Shown here piece after piece: positions 45,569 to 55,993 of a stretch of DNA of 64,000 nucleotides; within the stretch, counting starts at the first letter, position 1, and each line of letters begins with the position of its first letter. Position numbers and translations under genes: made by a program. The notes beneath the pieces were generated by a model that saw nothing but the letters and a program-made list of their open reading frames with translations, had not been told where the DNA came from and made no database searches. The stretch is from an uncultured delta proteobacterium (GTDB lineage Bacteria > Myxococcota > Myxococcia > SLRQ01), in the NCBI GenBank assembly GCA_963727485.1, contig CAVSGM010000003.1:256001-320000 (forward strand), given 5' to 3'.

Positions 45569-45594
45569 GGACGAGGCTCCCCCGGTCGGGTTAC
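45569..45594 (-). promoter_or_regulatory. ECF-type promoter of the giant lipoprotein
   Basis: Minus strand GTAACC-cgaccgggggagc-CTCGTCC. Confidence 0.55.
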
Positions 45595-45631
45595 CGGGGG
45601 CTCCACCGGGTCGGATGGCACCCGGGCCGGC

Positions 45632-45661
45632 CTTGCACTGGAATCGAGGCGGCTCCAATCT
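45632..45661 (+). promoter_or_regulatory. putative RpoH-type promoter of clpS-clpA
   Basis: CTTGCA-N17-CCAATCT. Confidence 0.5.
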
Positions 45662-45671
45662 GGTTGACGTC

Positions 45672-45995
45672 ATGGCCGACCACGATCCGCTGACCGGACC
45701 GCCGCAGGGCGACACCGAGGTCGTCCCCGAACGAAAAGTGAAGAAGCCCCGGCTCTACCGGGTCCTCCTCCACAACGACGACTACACCACGATGGAGTTC
45801 GTGGTTCACGTGCTCATGAAGTTCTTCCGCAAGAGCCACGCCGAGGCGTCCTTCATCATGCTCACCGTCCACACCAAGGGCGTGGGCGCCGCCGGCGTGT
45901 ATCCCCGGGACGTCGCCGAGACCAAGGTCCACGAGGTCACGGAGTACGCCCGGGAGCAGGGTCACCCGCTGATGGTGACCATGGAGGCAGAGTGA
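45672..45995 (+). CDS. clpS: ClpS adaptor
   Basis: [25 protein letters not shown]. Confidence 0.97.
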   Translation: MADHDPLTGPPQGDTEVVPERKVKKPRLYRVLLHNDDYTTMEFVVHVLMKFFRKSHAEASFIMLTVHTKGVGAAGVYPRDVAETKVHEVTEYAREQGHPLMVTMEAE

Positions 45996-48247
45996 AGCTG
46001 AAGCCGGAGCTGGAGGTGGTCATCCGGGTGGCCCTGCGGGACGCCGAGGAGCGGCGCCACGAGTACGCGGGCCTGGAGCACCTCCTTTACGCCCTCTGCC
46101 ACGATCCGGAGACCGTCGACGTCCTCAACAACGCCGGGGCCGACGTGGAGCTGTTGCGCGGCCGCCTCGACAAGTTCCTCGCGAGCCTGGAGAAGCTCCC
46201 CGAGGACGAGGACGTCGAGGCGCGGCCCACCCTGGCCTTCCAGCGGGTCATCCAGCGCGCGGTGTTCCACGTCCAGCACTCGGGCAAGGACGAGGTCGGC
46301 GGACCCAACGTCCTGGTGGCGCTGTTCGGAGAGCCCGACTGCGCCGCGGTGGCCTTCCTCCAGGAGATGGGCGTGGGCCGGGTCGACGTGGTCTCCTTCC
46401 TCTCCCACGGGGTCAGCCGCCTCGAGGATGGGGAGGGGCCGGCGACGCCCATGCTCCCCTCCGGGGACGAGGGCGAGGACGGCGAGGAGGGCGGCCCGTC
46501 GCCCAAGATCAAGGACCCCCTCCAGGCGTGGTGCGTGAACCTCAACGAGCTGGCGAAGGACGGGGGCATCGACCCCCTCATCGGCCGGGACACGGAGATC
46601 GAGCGGACCATCCACATCCTCGCCCGCCGCCGGAAGAACAACCCCCTCTACGTGGGGGACTCGGGGGTGGGGAAGACCGCCATCGTCGAGGGCCTGGCCC
46701 TGCGCATCGTCGAGGGGCAGGTCCCCGAGGCGCTCCACGACGCGGTCATCTACAACCTCGACATGGGCGCGCTCCTGGCGGGCACCCGCTACCGGGGCGA
46801 CTTCGAGAACCGTCTCAAGGCGGTGGTCAAGGCGCTGGAGAAGCAGCCCGGGTCCATCCTCTTCATCGACGAGATCCACACGGTCATCGGCGCCGGGTCG
46901 GCGAGCGGCTCGGCGATGGACGCCTCGAACCTCCTCAAGCCGGCGCTCCAGAGTGGGAAGATCCGCTGCATCGGGTCGACGACCTACCAGGAGTACCGCA
47001 GCTACTTCGAGAAGGACCGGGCCCTGGTGCGTCGGTTCCAGAAGATCGAGGTCAAGGAGCCCTCGGTCGAGGACACGGTGAAGATCCTCGAGGGCCTCAA
47101 GCCCAAGTTCGAGCAGTACCACGGGGTCACCTACACCCACCCGGCGCTGGAGACCGCCGCGGAGATGAGCCACCGCTACCTCCACGACCGGCGGCTCCCC
47201 GACAAGGCCATCGACCTCATCGACGAGGCCGGGGCGGCGATCAAGCTCAAGCGTGGGCGCAAGCAGGTGGGGGTCGCCGAGATCGAGCGGATCCTCGCCA
47301 CCATGGCCCAGATCCCGCCCAAGCGGGTGGGCAGGAGCGACAAGGACCGCCTCGCCAGCCTCGAGGACGACCTCAAGACCGTGGTCTTCGGCCAGGACGA
47401 GGCCATCGAGCGGGTGGTGGCGGCGATCAAGCTCTCCCGGGCGGGGCTGCGCGAGCCGGAGAAGCCCATCGGCGCCTACCTGTTCACCGGGCCCACCGGT
47501 GTGGGCAAGACCGAGGTCGCCAAGCAGATCGCCCAGACCATGGGCATCCAGTTCATCCGCTTCGACATGAGCGAGTACATGGAGCGGCACACCGTCTCGA
47601 GGCTCATCGGCGCGCCCCCCGGCTACGTGGGCTTCGACCAGGGGGGGCTGCTGACCGAGGCGGTGAACCAGACGCCCCACGCGGTGCTCCTCCTCGACGA
47701 GATCGAGAAGGCCCACCCCGACGTCTACAACATCCTCCTCCAGGTGATGGACCACGGGACGCTCACCGACAACAACGGCAAGCGCGCCGACTTTCGCCAC
47801 GTGATCCTCATCATGACCAGCAACGTCGGCGCCCGGGACCTGCAGAAGCGGCGCCTCGGCTTCGGTGAGGCGGTCGACCGCGCCGCCGACGACAAGGCCT
47901 TCAAGGACCGGTTCAGCCCCGAGTTCCGAAACCGCCTCGACGCGCGGGTGCGCTTCGCGGCGCTCTCCCAGTCGGTGATGGGCAAGATCGTCGACAAGTT
48001 CATCGCCGAGCTCGAGCTGCAGCTCGCCGACCGCAAGGTGGACATCGCGCTCACCGACGCGGCGCGGGTGTACCTGGCGGAGAAGGGCTACGACCCGGAC
48101 AACGGGGCGCGGCCGCTGGCGCGGGTGATCCAGGAGGAGATCAAGACGCCGCTCGCCGACGAGGTGCTCTTCGGGCGCCTGGAGAAGGGCGGGCGCGTCG
48201 AGGTCGACGCGGTCGACGGGAAGATCGCGTTCCGCTTCGCCGGGTGA
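45992..48247 (+). CDS. clpA: ATP-dependent Clp protease ATP-binding subunit ClpA
   Basis: Two AAA+ modules ([16 protein letters not shown]), no middle domain, follows clpS. Confidence 0.96.
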   Translation: MKLKPELEVVIRVALRDAEERRHEYAGLEHLLYALCHDPETVDVLNNAGADVELLRGRLDKFLASLEKLPEDEDVEARPTLAFQRVIQRAVFHVQHSGKDEVGGPNVLVALFGEPDCAAVAFLQEMGVGRVDVVSFLSHGVSRLEDGEGPATPMLPSGDEGEDGEEGGPSPKIKDPLQAWCVNLNELAKDGGIDPLIGRDTEIERTIHILARRRKNNPLYVGDSGVGKTAIVEGLALRIVEGQVPEALHDAVIYNLDMGALLAGTRYRGDFENRLKAVVKALEKQPGSILFIDEIHTVIGAGSASGSAMDASNLLKPALQSGKIRCIGSTTYQEYRSYFEKDRALVRRFQKIEVKEPSVEDTVKILEGLKPKFEQYHGVTYTHPALETAAEMSHRYLHDRRLPDKAIDLIDEAGAAIKLKRGRKQVGVAEIERILATMAQIPPKRVGRSDKDRLASLEDDLKTVVFGQDEAIERVVAAIKLSRAGLREPEKPIGAYLFTGPTGVGKTEVAKQIAQTMGIQFIRFDMSEYMERHTVSRLIGAPPGYVGFDQGGLLTEAVNQTPHAVLLLDEIEKAHPDVYNILLQVMDHGTLTDNNGKRADFRHVILIMTSNVGARDLQKRRLGFGEAVDRAADDKAFKDRFSPEFRNRLDARVRFAALSQSVMGKIVDKFIAELELQLADRKVDIALTDAARVYLAEKGYDPDNGARPLARVIQEEIKTPLADEVLFGRLEKGGRVEVDAVDGKIAFRFAG

Positions 48248-48298
48248 TCGGGACCGGCGGCCCGGCTGCTAGGGTGGGGACCCCTGCCGGGGGACCCC

Positions 48299-49283
48299 AT
48301 GAGCTACGACCTCGAGTTCCCACCCCCACCCGGGGCGTCCCTGGACGCCGACGCGGTCTTCGCCCACTTCGCCGCGCGGCACGGCTACACGATCACCGCG
48401 TCCGACCCCGGCGCGGTGCCGCCGTTCCGGGAGGCCGACTACGCCAACCCCGAGACCGGGGTGTCCTTCCAGTTCGAGCTCCTCGGGGACGCGGGGGACG
48501 CCTCCTCCGTGTCTCCCGCCGCTGTGCCGGCCCTGGGGTTCACGCTCAACTTCTACCGCCCCCGGTTCTTCGCCCTCGAGGCCGCCCTCGAGAATCGAGG
48601 CGCTGTGCGCGGCCTTCGACCTCGAGGTCCTCGATCCCCAGGACGGCGGGGACGGTCCGGGACCCTTCGACGGCGAGCGCTTCGTGCGCGGCTGGGAGGC
48701 GGCGAACCGCCGGGCCGCCCGGCTCGGCGTCACCCAGGGCTTCCAGATGCCCCGGCCCGTCCCCGGCGCCGAGCTGGAGGCCGCCTGGCGCTGGAACCTC
48801 GCGCGTGAGGACCGCCGGGCCGGCCACGGGGGGCGGGTCTTCGTGCCGCGGATCTTCCACCTCGAGGTCGACGGCCGGGTGGAGACCGCCTGCGCCTGGA
48901 CCGACGCGGTGCCCATCGCCCTCCCGGTGGTCGACCGGGTGGTCCTGGTGCGCCTCCCGGGTCGGCTCCGTCGGGTCCTCGGCGCCCGGGCGCGGATGAG
49001 CGTGGTCCCCTGGTCCGAGGTGGCGCCCGTGGTCGAAGAGGTCGCTGGGGCCGACGGGGTGGCTGGGGCGACGAGGGCTGGGGCCGACGGGGTGGCTGGG
49101 GCCGACGGGGTCGCCGCCGACCCGGCGCCCTGGCCGCATCGCCTCCTCGTCTACGCCGAGGGCGAGGTGCCCGACGGAGTGCGCCGCCTCTTCGCGGCCC
49201 ACCGCGGGGGCGGCGACACGCCCAAGATGCTCGCGAGCCACGCGCTCATGGACGCCGAGATGTTCCCGGAGGACCACGGGTAG
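48299..49283 (+). CDS. hypothetical protein (+1 frameshift near 48594)
   Basis: MSYDL.. YANPETGVSF.F, NFYRP.FF.LEA..EI continuing into ORF 48684-49283. Confidence 0.6.
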
Positions 49284-49354
49284 GCTTGGGCGGAGGCCCG
49301 CGACCGGCTCGGCCCCCGGGCAGGGCGGTCCCCGGGCAGGACGGCCTGCCTGGC

Positions 49355-50181
49355 TCAGGGGAGCGCGAGGCGCCCGTGCCGCCGCCAGCCCACCGAGAGC
49401 AGCCAGGTGCGCGGCGCTGCGACCGGGATCTCCGGGGGTCCGCCCCCGCCCCGGCCCCGCCCCCGGCCCCGGCCCCGGCCCCGGCCCCGGCCCCGGCCCC
49501 GGCCCCGGTTCGTCGCCAGCCGTCGAAGCTGCGCGCGGAGCTGAAGGGATCGAGGCCGCCCTCGCCACCGCGGCGTGCGGATCCCGGCGCCGGCCGCCCC
49601 AGATCTGCGAGGTGCGGCGCCCACTGCCGGGCGTGGTGCCGGTGGTTCCCGAGCACGTAGGCGAGGGCGTGGCGGACCTCCCGGGGGGTGCGGAGGATGC
49701 GCGCGTGGTATCGGTCCGCGAGGACCGCCCCCCGGGAGCCCATGAGCCGGTTGAGGCCCCGGGCGAGGCGGACCCCCAGACCCTTCATCGCCCGCCCCAG
49801 GGCCGCGGCGTCGCGGGCCTCGACCAGGAGGTGCACGTGGTTGCCCTGGACCGAGTAGTGGCAGAGCCGGACACCGTGGCGCTCCCGGGCGGCGAGGAAC
49901 GCCGCGCCCAGGACCCGGAAGCAGCGGCGGGAGCGGAGCTGGAACACGTGGGGCCGGACCCGGAGGGTGACGTGGACCGGGTAGCGGCTGGCGAGGCGGG
50001 GCCGGGTGGTGTGGGCGACGCCGGGCCGGTCGCCGCTGGGCTTCCGCCCGGCGCCGGCGCGACGCCCGCCCCAGGTGGGCAGGTGGAGATCGAGCTGGCG
50101 AGGGCGGCGGGCTCGAGGGGCACGGGACGAGCGGGCAGGGGACGAGCGGGCGCGGGACGAGTGGGGATGGGGCTGGGACAC
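49355..50181 (-). mobile_element. REP-associated tyrosine transposase (RAYT, Y1 HUH family; frameshift near 49440)
   Basis: WGGRRAGAGRK, PVHVTLR, QGNHVHLLVEA (HUH), ADRYH, YVLGN (catalytic Tyr), DPFSS, PRTWLL..GW; GTG start after GGAG. Confidence 0.85.
49441..49507. repeat. (CCCGGC)n hexamer tandem encoding a Gly-Ala linker in the RAYT
   Basis: About 11 imperfect copies. Confidence 0.85.
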
Positions 50182-50215
50182 GGGGAGCTCCGGAGCAAGG
50201 ATCGGCGGGCGTCGT

Positions 50216-50484
50216 CTTGACTCGGCGGACATTCTAGCGAGGGGGTCTGACACTGCTGCCAATTGGCAAGAGTCATGGGTGCCGTTTGGCGAACGTCGGC
50301 CGGTGGCACGGCACGGGTGGGCCGGAGGGGTGATGCGGGCGCCGAGTGACGCCGGACCGTCTGCGGGGTGGCCGGCCCTGCGCCACTCGGCGCCGGCATC
50401 ACCACGTGTTCGTGCCCGCCGGCTGCCGGCGCCGGCGCCGTGCAGGCCGACCTTCCCACCCGGTCAACCTTGATTCGGCGGACA
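50216..50484. repeat. RAYT-adjacent hairpin element bounded by 16-bp direct repeats
   Basis: CTTGA(C/T)TCGGCGGACA at 50216-50231 and 50469-50484; 33-bp inverted arms 50329-50361 and 50371-50403. Confidence 0.72.
50231..50268 (-). promoter_or_regulatory. TGTCAG-N10-TAGAAT promoter plus 12-bp palindrome upstream of the RAYT
   Basis: Minus strand TGTCAG (50252-50247), 10 nt, TAGAAT (50236-50231); TGCCAATTGGCA at 50257-50268. Confidence 0.55.
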
Positions 50485-50565
50485 GCGCCTGTGCCCCGAC
50501 CTCCCCCGCCGCCCCGGCACCACCTCGCGCGCCGGCCTGGCGGCCGCGTCACGCCCGCCCGCCGC

Positions 50566-51801
50566 CTACTGCTCGTCCTCCGGCGTCCGCGGCCCCTCCT
50601 CGGCCCCCTCCTCGGCCCCCGCCTCCATCGCCCCACCGCCCTCCGGCCCCCGGCGGAACGGCCCGTGGGGCGTCATCCAGTCCATCTCCTCCGCCACCGC
50701 CTCGGCCTCCTCCTCGAGGAACCGCGCCACCGCCGCCGCCAGGCCCGGGTGCCGGAGCAGGTGCGCCGAGTGGCACGCGGACGGCAGCAGCCCCCGCTTG
50801 AGCTTGTGCGAGCCCTGGGCCCCGGCTTCGAAGCGGTGGACCCCGTGGGCCAGGCACCACTCGATGGCCTGGTAGTAGCAGAGCTCGAAGTGCATCGAGT
50901 CCAGGGGCTCGAACGCCCCCCAGTACCGCCCGTACAAGGCGTCGCCCTGGTGGAGGAAGAGCGAGGCGGCCACCGGCTCGGCGCCGCGGTGGGCGAAGGC
51001 GACGCGCACCTGCGCCGGCATCTCGCGGCGCAGGTGATCGAAGAACGCCCGGGTGAGGTAGGGCATCCCGCCCTTGCGGCCGACGGTGTCCTGGTAGAGG
51101 CGGTAGAGGGCGCGCCACTCGACGTCGCCCATCTCGGCGCCGGTCCACATGCGCAGGGTGAGGCCGTGGCTGGCGGCCCGGCGGCGCTCCCGGCGGACCT
51201 GCTTGCGCGACGCGGACCGCATCGCCGCCAGGTAGTCGTCGAAGGTCTCCCACCCGGCATCGTTGACCCAGTGGAACTGCTCCGAGAGGCGCGGCAGGAA
51301 GCCGGCGGCGCCATCGAGGAGGGCCTTCTCCTCGGCGGTGCAGAACAGGACGTTCACCGAGACGATGCCGCCCGCCCGGGCCATCTCCTTCATCCCCGCC
51401 ACGAGCCCGGCCTGCACCGCCGCGGGGTCGGCGCCCGGGTGCACCAGCAGGCGCCGGCCGGTGACCGGGGTGAAGGGCACCGCGGCGACGAGCTTGGGGT
51501 AGTAGGGGATCCCGGCGTCGAGGGCCGCCCGGGCCCAGCCCCAGTCGAAGATGTACTCGCCCCAGGAGTGGTCCTTCTCGTAGAAGGGCACCGCGCCCAC
51601 GAGGCGCGCGCCGTCCCAGGCGGTGAGGTGCCGCGGTCGCCAGCCGGTGCCCTCGCCCACCGAGCCGCTCGACTCCAGGCCGGCGAGGAAGGCGTGCCGG
51701 GTGAAGGGGTCGTCGGGTGCCACCAGCGCGTCCCAGGCCTCGGGGTCCACCGAGGCCAGATCGCCGGTCTCCACGATCTCCAACGCCGCCGCCAGGCTCA
51801 G
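50566..51801 (-). CDS. GNAT/FemAB-related protein (DUF482-like)
   Basis: HSWGEYIFDWGWA, YYPKL..VPFTP, YGRYWG, HFELCYYQ, FEAGAQG.HK; start uncertain (51783-51801). Confidence 0.85.
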   Translation of the reverse strand: MSLAAALEIVETGDLASVDPEAWDALVAPDDPFTRHAFLAGLESSGSVGEGTGWRPRHLTAWDGARLVGAVPFYEKDHSWGEYIFDWGWARAALDAGIPYYPKLVAAVPFTPVTGRRLLVHPGADPAAVQAGLVAGMKEMARAGGIVSVNVLFCTAEEKALLDGAAGFLPRLSEQFHWVNDAGWETFDDYLAAMRSASRKQVRRERRRAASHGLTLRMWTGAEMGDVEWRALYRLYQDTVGRKGGMPYLTRAFFDHLRREMPAQVRVAFAHRGAEPVAASLFLHQGDALYGRYWGAFEPLDSMHFELCYYQAIEWCLAHGVHRFEAGAQGSHKLKRGLLPSACHSAHLLRHPGLAAAVARFLEEEAEAVAEEMDWMTPHGPFRRGPEGGGAMEAGAEEGAEEGPRTPEDEQ

Positions 51802-52406
51802 GTCCCTCCGCCCTCGGGGTGGATGACCCCGCAGGCGACCCGCGGTCCGGCGGCGCCGGCGGGCTGGGTGGTGAAGTCGTCGGCGCCGGCGTGGACCACC
51901 ACCGCGTGGCCGAGGACGTCGTCGGCGCTGCCGGTGCCCAGCTGCCAGCGACGGGTGGCGAAGACCAGCTCCCCGTGGCCGGTGGAGTCGACGTCGACGT
52001 TGCCGATGTCGCCGAGGTGGTAGTGGCCCGAGCCCCACTTGCCGTGGCTGTCGCGGGTGGGGTTCCAGTGGGGGCCGGCGGCGACGAAGTGGGCGCCGCT
52101 GCAGTCGCCCACCGCGTGGATGTGGACCGCGTGGAGGCCCGGCGTCGCGTGGTCGAGGGTGAGGCGCAGGGTGACCACGTCACCGGCCAGGGAGAACTCG
52201 GCGCGGCCGGAGATCTGCTGGCCCGGCGCCGGCGCGAGGACCGCCACCGCCTGGGTCGGGCCGGGCGCGGGCGTGGCGGACGCGGGCGCGGCGGCCCCGT
52301 GGGCGCAGCCGCCGGCGAGCAGCACCAGGGCCGCGGCCGTGACCGCCAACCGCGTGCCCGTCGGGCGACGGGGGATCTCGGGGAGCCGGGAGCGGGTCCG
52401 GACCAT
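51798..52406 (-). CDS. sodC: Cu/Zn superoxide dismutase, lipoprotein
   Basis: HAVHIH, GPHWNP, HLGDIGN, VVVHAGADD, RVACGVI; lipobox LAGGC. Confidence 0.92.
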   Translation of the reverse strand: MVRTRSRLPEIPRRPTGTRLAVTAAALVLLAGGCAHGAAAPASATPAPGPTQAVAVLAPAPGQQISGRAEFSLAGDVVTLRLTLDHATPGLHAVHIHAVGDCSGAHFVAAGPHWNPTRDSHGKWGSGHYHLGDIGNVDVDSTGHGELVFATRRWQLGTGSADDVLGHAVVVHAGADDFTTQPAGAAGPRVACGVIHPEGGGT

Positions 52407-52465
52407 GGCGTACCTCCGGAACACATGGGTAGCGCACCCGGCGGCCGATGCAAGCCCGGGCCGCC

Positions 52466-53101
52466 TCATCGCCCCCCCGCCGCCCGGAGCGCCTCGAGGA
52501 GCGCCTCGCCCGGCGTGTCCGGGTCGGCGCCGAAGGCGATCACCCCGTCCTGGTGCCCGCCCATGGACAAGAGGCGCGTGTCCGGGGCCGCCTGGAGGAT
52601 CCCCCGCACCGCCGCGGCCATCTCCGAGGTCCCGTAGCCGATGTCCGGGTCGGTGACCGGGAGGCCAAGCTCGGGGGCGCGGCGCCAGATGGCCGGGGCG
52701 TGGGCGTGGTAGACGTAGCGCGCTCCAGGGGCCGCGTCGTAGACCACGCCGTGGGTCATGGACTCGCTGGAAGGCAGCACCGCGCCGAAGCTCTCCACCG
52801 CGTTCGCCGCCGGGTCCCAGGCGACCACCAGGCACAGGTCGTCGAGGTCGGTGTGCCGTCCCGGCCGCCCGCCGGTCTGGGTGCCGGTGATCAGGAAGCC
52901 CCGGTCCACGCGCACCGAGAGGTTCCCGAAGCCGGCGCCGCCGTAGCGCGCCGGGTCCTGCCCCACCAGGCCCACCGCGCGCAGGCGGTCGCGCCAGCGG
53001 AGGATCCGGGCGGCGTCGCGGGCGTAGCGGGCGGCGTCGAGGCGGGCGCGGTGGTGGGTCGCCCGGAAGCGGATGACGCCTTCTTCGGGAGCGGGGAGCA
53101 C
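52466..53101 (-). CDS. class II aldolase/adducin family protein
   Basis: GFGNLSVR, PSSESMTH, HAH, YGTSEM, GHQDG; start estimated. Confidence 0.8.
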   Translation of the reverse strand: MLPAPEEGVIRFRATHHRARLDAARYARDAARILRWRDRLRAVGLVGQDPARYGGAGFGNLSVRVDRGFLITGTQTGGRPGRHTDLDDLCLVVAWDPAANAVESFGAVLPSSESMTHGVVYDAAPGARYVYHAHAPAIWRRAPELGLPVTDPDIGYGTSEMAAAVRGILQAAPDTRLLSMGGHQDGVIAFGADPDTPGEALLEALRAAGGR

Positions 53102-53176
53102 GGAGCCGAGGGGATACCACGGGGCGCCGGCGAGGGGGAAAGCCGGGGGCCCGCCGAGGCCGTTCCCCTCGGCGCC

Positions 53177-53233
53177 CCGGCCCCGTCCCGCCTCGCCGGC
53201 CGGCCCCGTCCCGCCTCGCCGGCCGGCCCCGTC
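53177..53233. repeat. 23-bp tandem repeat, about 2.5 copies
   Basis: CCGGCCCCGTCCCGCCTCGCCGG at 53177 and 53200, partial at 53223. Confidence 0.8.
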
Positions 53234-53298
53234 GCGGCGCGCCCGGAGGCGCCCGACCATTGACCGGGGCGCGCCGCTGATCCATGTAATCCGCCGTC

Positions 53299-54828
53299 AT
53301 GTCAGGCAACGACACCCAGGAGCGGTCGCCCGAGGGCGCGGCCGGGAGCAGAAGCGAGAACGGCCGCGGTCGCGGTCCCCGGCGGAGCGCCGAGGGGGGC
53401 GGCCCTGGCGGCGGGCGCGGCCCCGGCGGCGGCGGACGTGGCCCCGGCGGCGGCGGGCGTGGCCCCGGTGGCGGCGGGCGTGGCCCCGGCGGCGGCGGAC
53501 GCGGCCCTGGCGGCGGCGGACGCGGCCCTGGCGGCGGCGGACGCGGCCCTGGCGGCGGGCGCGACGGCCGGGGTCGCGGGCGCGGCCGGGACCGGGACGA
53601 GGGCGGCGGGCGCGGCCGGAACGTCGCCCGCCTCCGGGACCTGATCACCCAGGTCGACCGCCCCCTGGTCAAGGGCGACTTCGCCGGCCAGCTGGCGCCC
53701 CTGGACCAGATGCGCCGGCTCTTCGAGGACACGGGCCTCAAGTCCCTCGACGAGATGGGCACCGACCTCAAGGCGCGGACCCTCACCCTGCTCCTGCGCG
53801 TGGGCCGGCAGGTGAAGGCCAAGGACGATCCCGAGCAGGAGGCCGCGCGCCTCAAGGTCCACGAGGCCCTGGCCCGGGTGTGGCTCGCCGCCCACGACGA
53901 GCGCCGGGCCGCCGCGGCGCTGGCGTCCGCCGGCAAGGAGAAGGCCGCCGCGGCGCTCCTCAAGGACAGCGGCGACTGGGAGGCGCGGGTCGAGCTCTAC
54001 CGGGCCACCGGGGAGACCGCCAAGGCCGCCCAGACCCTCGAGGGCCACGGCGACCTCGCCGCCGCCGCCGAGCTCTACGAGGAGGCCAAGGACCACACCA
54101 ACCGGGTGCGGGTGCTGCACCAGCTCGGCGACGAGGCCGGGGTGGTCGCCACCCTCCACCTGATGCCCCCCGAGGAGGCCGAGCAGCTCGCCGGCCGCTA
54201 CGGGGCGCTGGACGCCTGGGCCAAGGTGCTCACCGAGAAGCAGGACTGGCCGTCGCTCGCCCGGCTCTACGAGGCCCACGACCAGCCCGCCATCGCCGCC
54301 CGGGCCTGGGAGGAGGCGGGGGATCACGCCAAGGCGATGCGCGCCTACGCCCGCGCCGGCGACGCCGAGGGCCACGCCCGCACCGTGGACAAGGTGGTCG
54401 AGCAGCGCCTGGAGAAGCACGACGTCCTCGGTGCCGCCAAGTCCCTGGCCTCGGTGGGCAAGCTCGAGCGCGCCGCCGAGCTCGCCAGCGAGAAGCACCC
54501 CGAGCAGGCGCACCGGTGGTTCGTCGAGGGCGGCTACCTCGATCGGGCCCTGCAGCTCGCCCGCCACGAGGCCCGGAAGGCCGAGGGCCACGACGACTTC
54601 CGGCTCCGGGCCACCTGGCTCGAGCGCGCCGGCGACTTCGTCTCCGCGGCGACGCTCCTGGAGGGCCTGGGGCAGGTCGATCGGGCCCAGGCGCTCTACG
54701 AGCAGGCCAAGGCCTGGGAGCCCGCGGCGCGGTGTGCCGAGGCCCAGTCGAAGATGGACGAGGCGGTGGAGCTCTACTATCGTGCCGGGCTCTCGGAGGA
54801 GGCCGAGCGGGTCAAGCTCCTGGCCTGA
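53299..54828 (+). CDS. hypothetical protein: Gly/Arg repeat N-terminus plus TPR/alpha-solenoid body
   Basis: (GPGGGGR)n followed by AAxLYExA-type helical repeats. Confidence 0.78.
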   Translation: MSGNDTQERSPEGAAGSRSENGRGRGPRRSAEGGGPGGGRGPGGGGRGPGGGGRGPGGGGRGPGGGGRGPGGGGRGPGGGGRGPGGGRDGRGRGRGRDRDEGGGRGRNVARLRDLITQVDRPLVKGDFAGQLAPLDQMRRLFEDTGLKSLDEMGTDLKARTLTLLLRVGRQVKAKDDPEQEAARLKVHEALARVWLAAHDERRAAAALASAGKEKAAAALLKDSGDWEARVELYRATGETAKAAQTLEGHGDLAAAAELYEEAKDHTNRVRVLHQLGDEAGVVATLHLMPPEEAEQLAGRYGALDAWAKVLTEKQDWPSLARLYEAHDQPAIAARAWEEAGDHAKAMRAYARAGDAEGHARTVDKVVEQRLEKHDVLGAAKSLASVGKLERAAELASEKHPEQAHRWFVEGGYLDRALQLARHEARKAEGHDDFRLRATWLERAGDFVSAATLLEGLGQVDRAQALYEQAKAWEPAARCAEAQSKMDEAVELYYRAGLSEEAERVKLLA

Positions 54829-54910
54829 CCCGCCGCGCCGACCCCCCGCGCCCGACCCACCGCACCCCGAGGCCCCGCGCCTCGGGGCCCAAGCCCCCCC
54901 GGAGAACGAC

Positions 54911-55927
54911 ATGGAGCTGCGCCACGACTGGACCCGGGAGGAGATCCGGGCGATCCACGATCTGCCCCTGATGGACCTGGTGTACCGGGCCCAGACGGTG
55001 CACCGGGCGGGCTTCGGCGAGCACAAGGTGCAGCTCGCCTCCCTGCTCAGCGTGAAGACCGGCGGCTGCCCCGAGGACTGCGCCTACTGCCCCCAGTCGG
55101 CCGGCCACCACGCCGAGGTCGAGGTCTCGCCCCTGATGCAGGTCGACGACGTCCTCGCCGAGGCGAAGGTCGCCAAGGACGCCGGCGCCAGCCGCTTCTG
55201 CATGGGCGCCGCCTGGCGCGACGCCCCGGAGAACGCGCACTTCGAGCGGGTCCTGGAGATGGTCCGCGGGGTGCGGGCCCTGGGCATGGAGGCCTGCGTC
55301 ACCCTGGGGATGCTCACCGAGGATCAGGCCCAGCGCCTCGCCGACGCCGGGCTCACCGCCTACAACCACAACCTCGACACCTCGCCCGAGTTCTACGACA
55401 AGATCATCCACACCCGCACCTACGAGGAGCGCCTGGTCACCCTCAAGCACGTGCGCCAGGCGGGGGTGGAGCTGTGCTCCGGGGGCATCATCGGCATGGG
55501 CGAGTCGGTGGACGACCGGGTGGGGATGCTCGAGGTCCTCGCCGGCCTCGACCCCCACCCCGAGAGCGTGCCCATCAACGCCCTGGTCCCGGTGGCGGGG
55601 ACGCCGCTGGCCGGCCGGCCGAGGGTCGACACCGTGGACCTGGTGCGGATGATCGCCACCGCGCGCATCCTCATGCCCCGGTCCATGGTCCGCCTCTCCG
55701 CCGGCCGCATGGAGATGAGCGAGGAGGCGCAGATCCTCTGCTTTCTCGCCGGGGCCAACTCGGTGTTCTTCGGGGACCGGCTGCTGACCACCGGGAACCC
55801 CGCCTGGGAGGCGGACCAGGCCCTGCTCAAGAAGGCGGGGATCGCGCCCCTCAATCCCGAGACCGACCGGCCGGCGCCCGAGACCGACCGGCCGCAGGTC
55901 GAGTCGAAGGAGCGCGTCGCCGGGTAG
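54911..55927 (+). CDS. bioB: biotin synthase
   Basis: [37 protein letters not shown]. Confidence 0.97.
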   Translation: MELRHDWTREEIRAIHDLPLMDLVYRAQTVHRAGFGEHKVQLASLLSVKTGGCPEDCAYCPQSAGHHAEVEVSPLMQVDDVLAEAKVAKDAGASRFCMGAAWRDAPENAHFERVLEMVRGVRALGMEACVTLGMLTEDQAQRLADAGLTAYNHNLDTSPEFYDKIIHTRTYEERLVTLKHVRQAGVELCSGGIIGMGESVDDRVGMLEVLAGLDPHPESVPINALVPVAGTPLAGRPRVDTVDLVRMIATARILMPRSMVRLSAGRMEMSEEAQILCFLAGANSVFFGDRLLTTGNPAWEADQALLKKAGIAPLNPETDRPAPETDRPQVESKERVAG

Positions 55928-55993
55928 CGCCGGGCGCGCCTGCCATCTGGCGCCCCCGAAGCCTGCCACCTGGCACTGGCCGGGTCCGTCGCG

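Noticed and set aside
49040..49120. GCTGGGGCCGACGGGGT repeats as REP sequences
   Set aside because: In-frame VAGADG linker repeats inside a CDS, and not palindromic
53401..53562. CRISPR-like periodic repeat
   Set aside because: In-frame 21-nt coding repeat with no spacers and no cas genes
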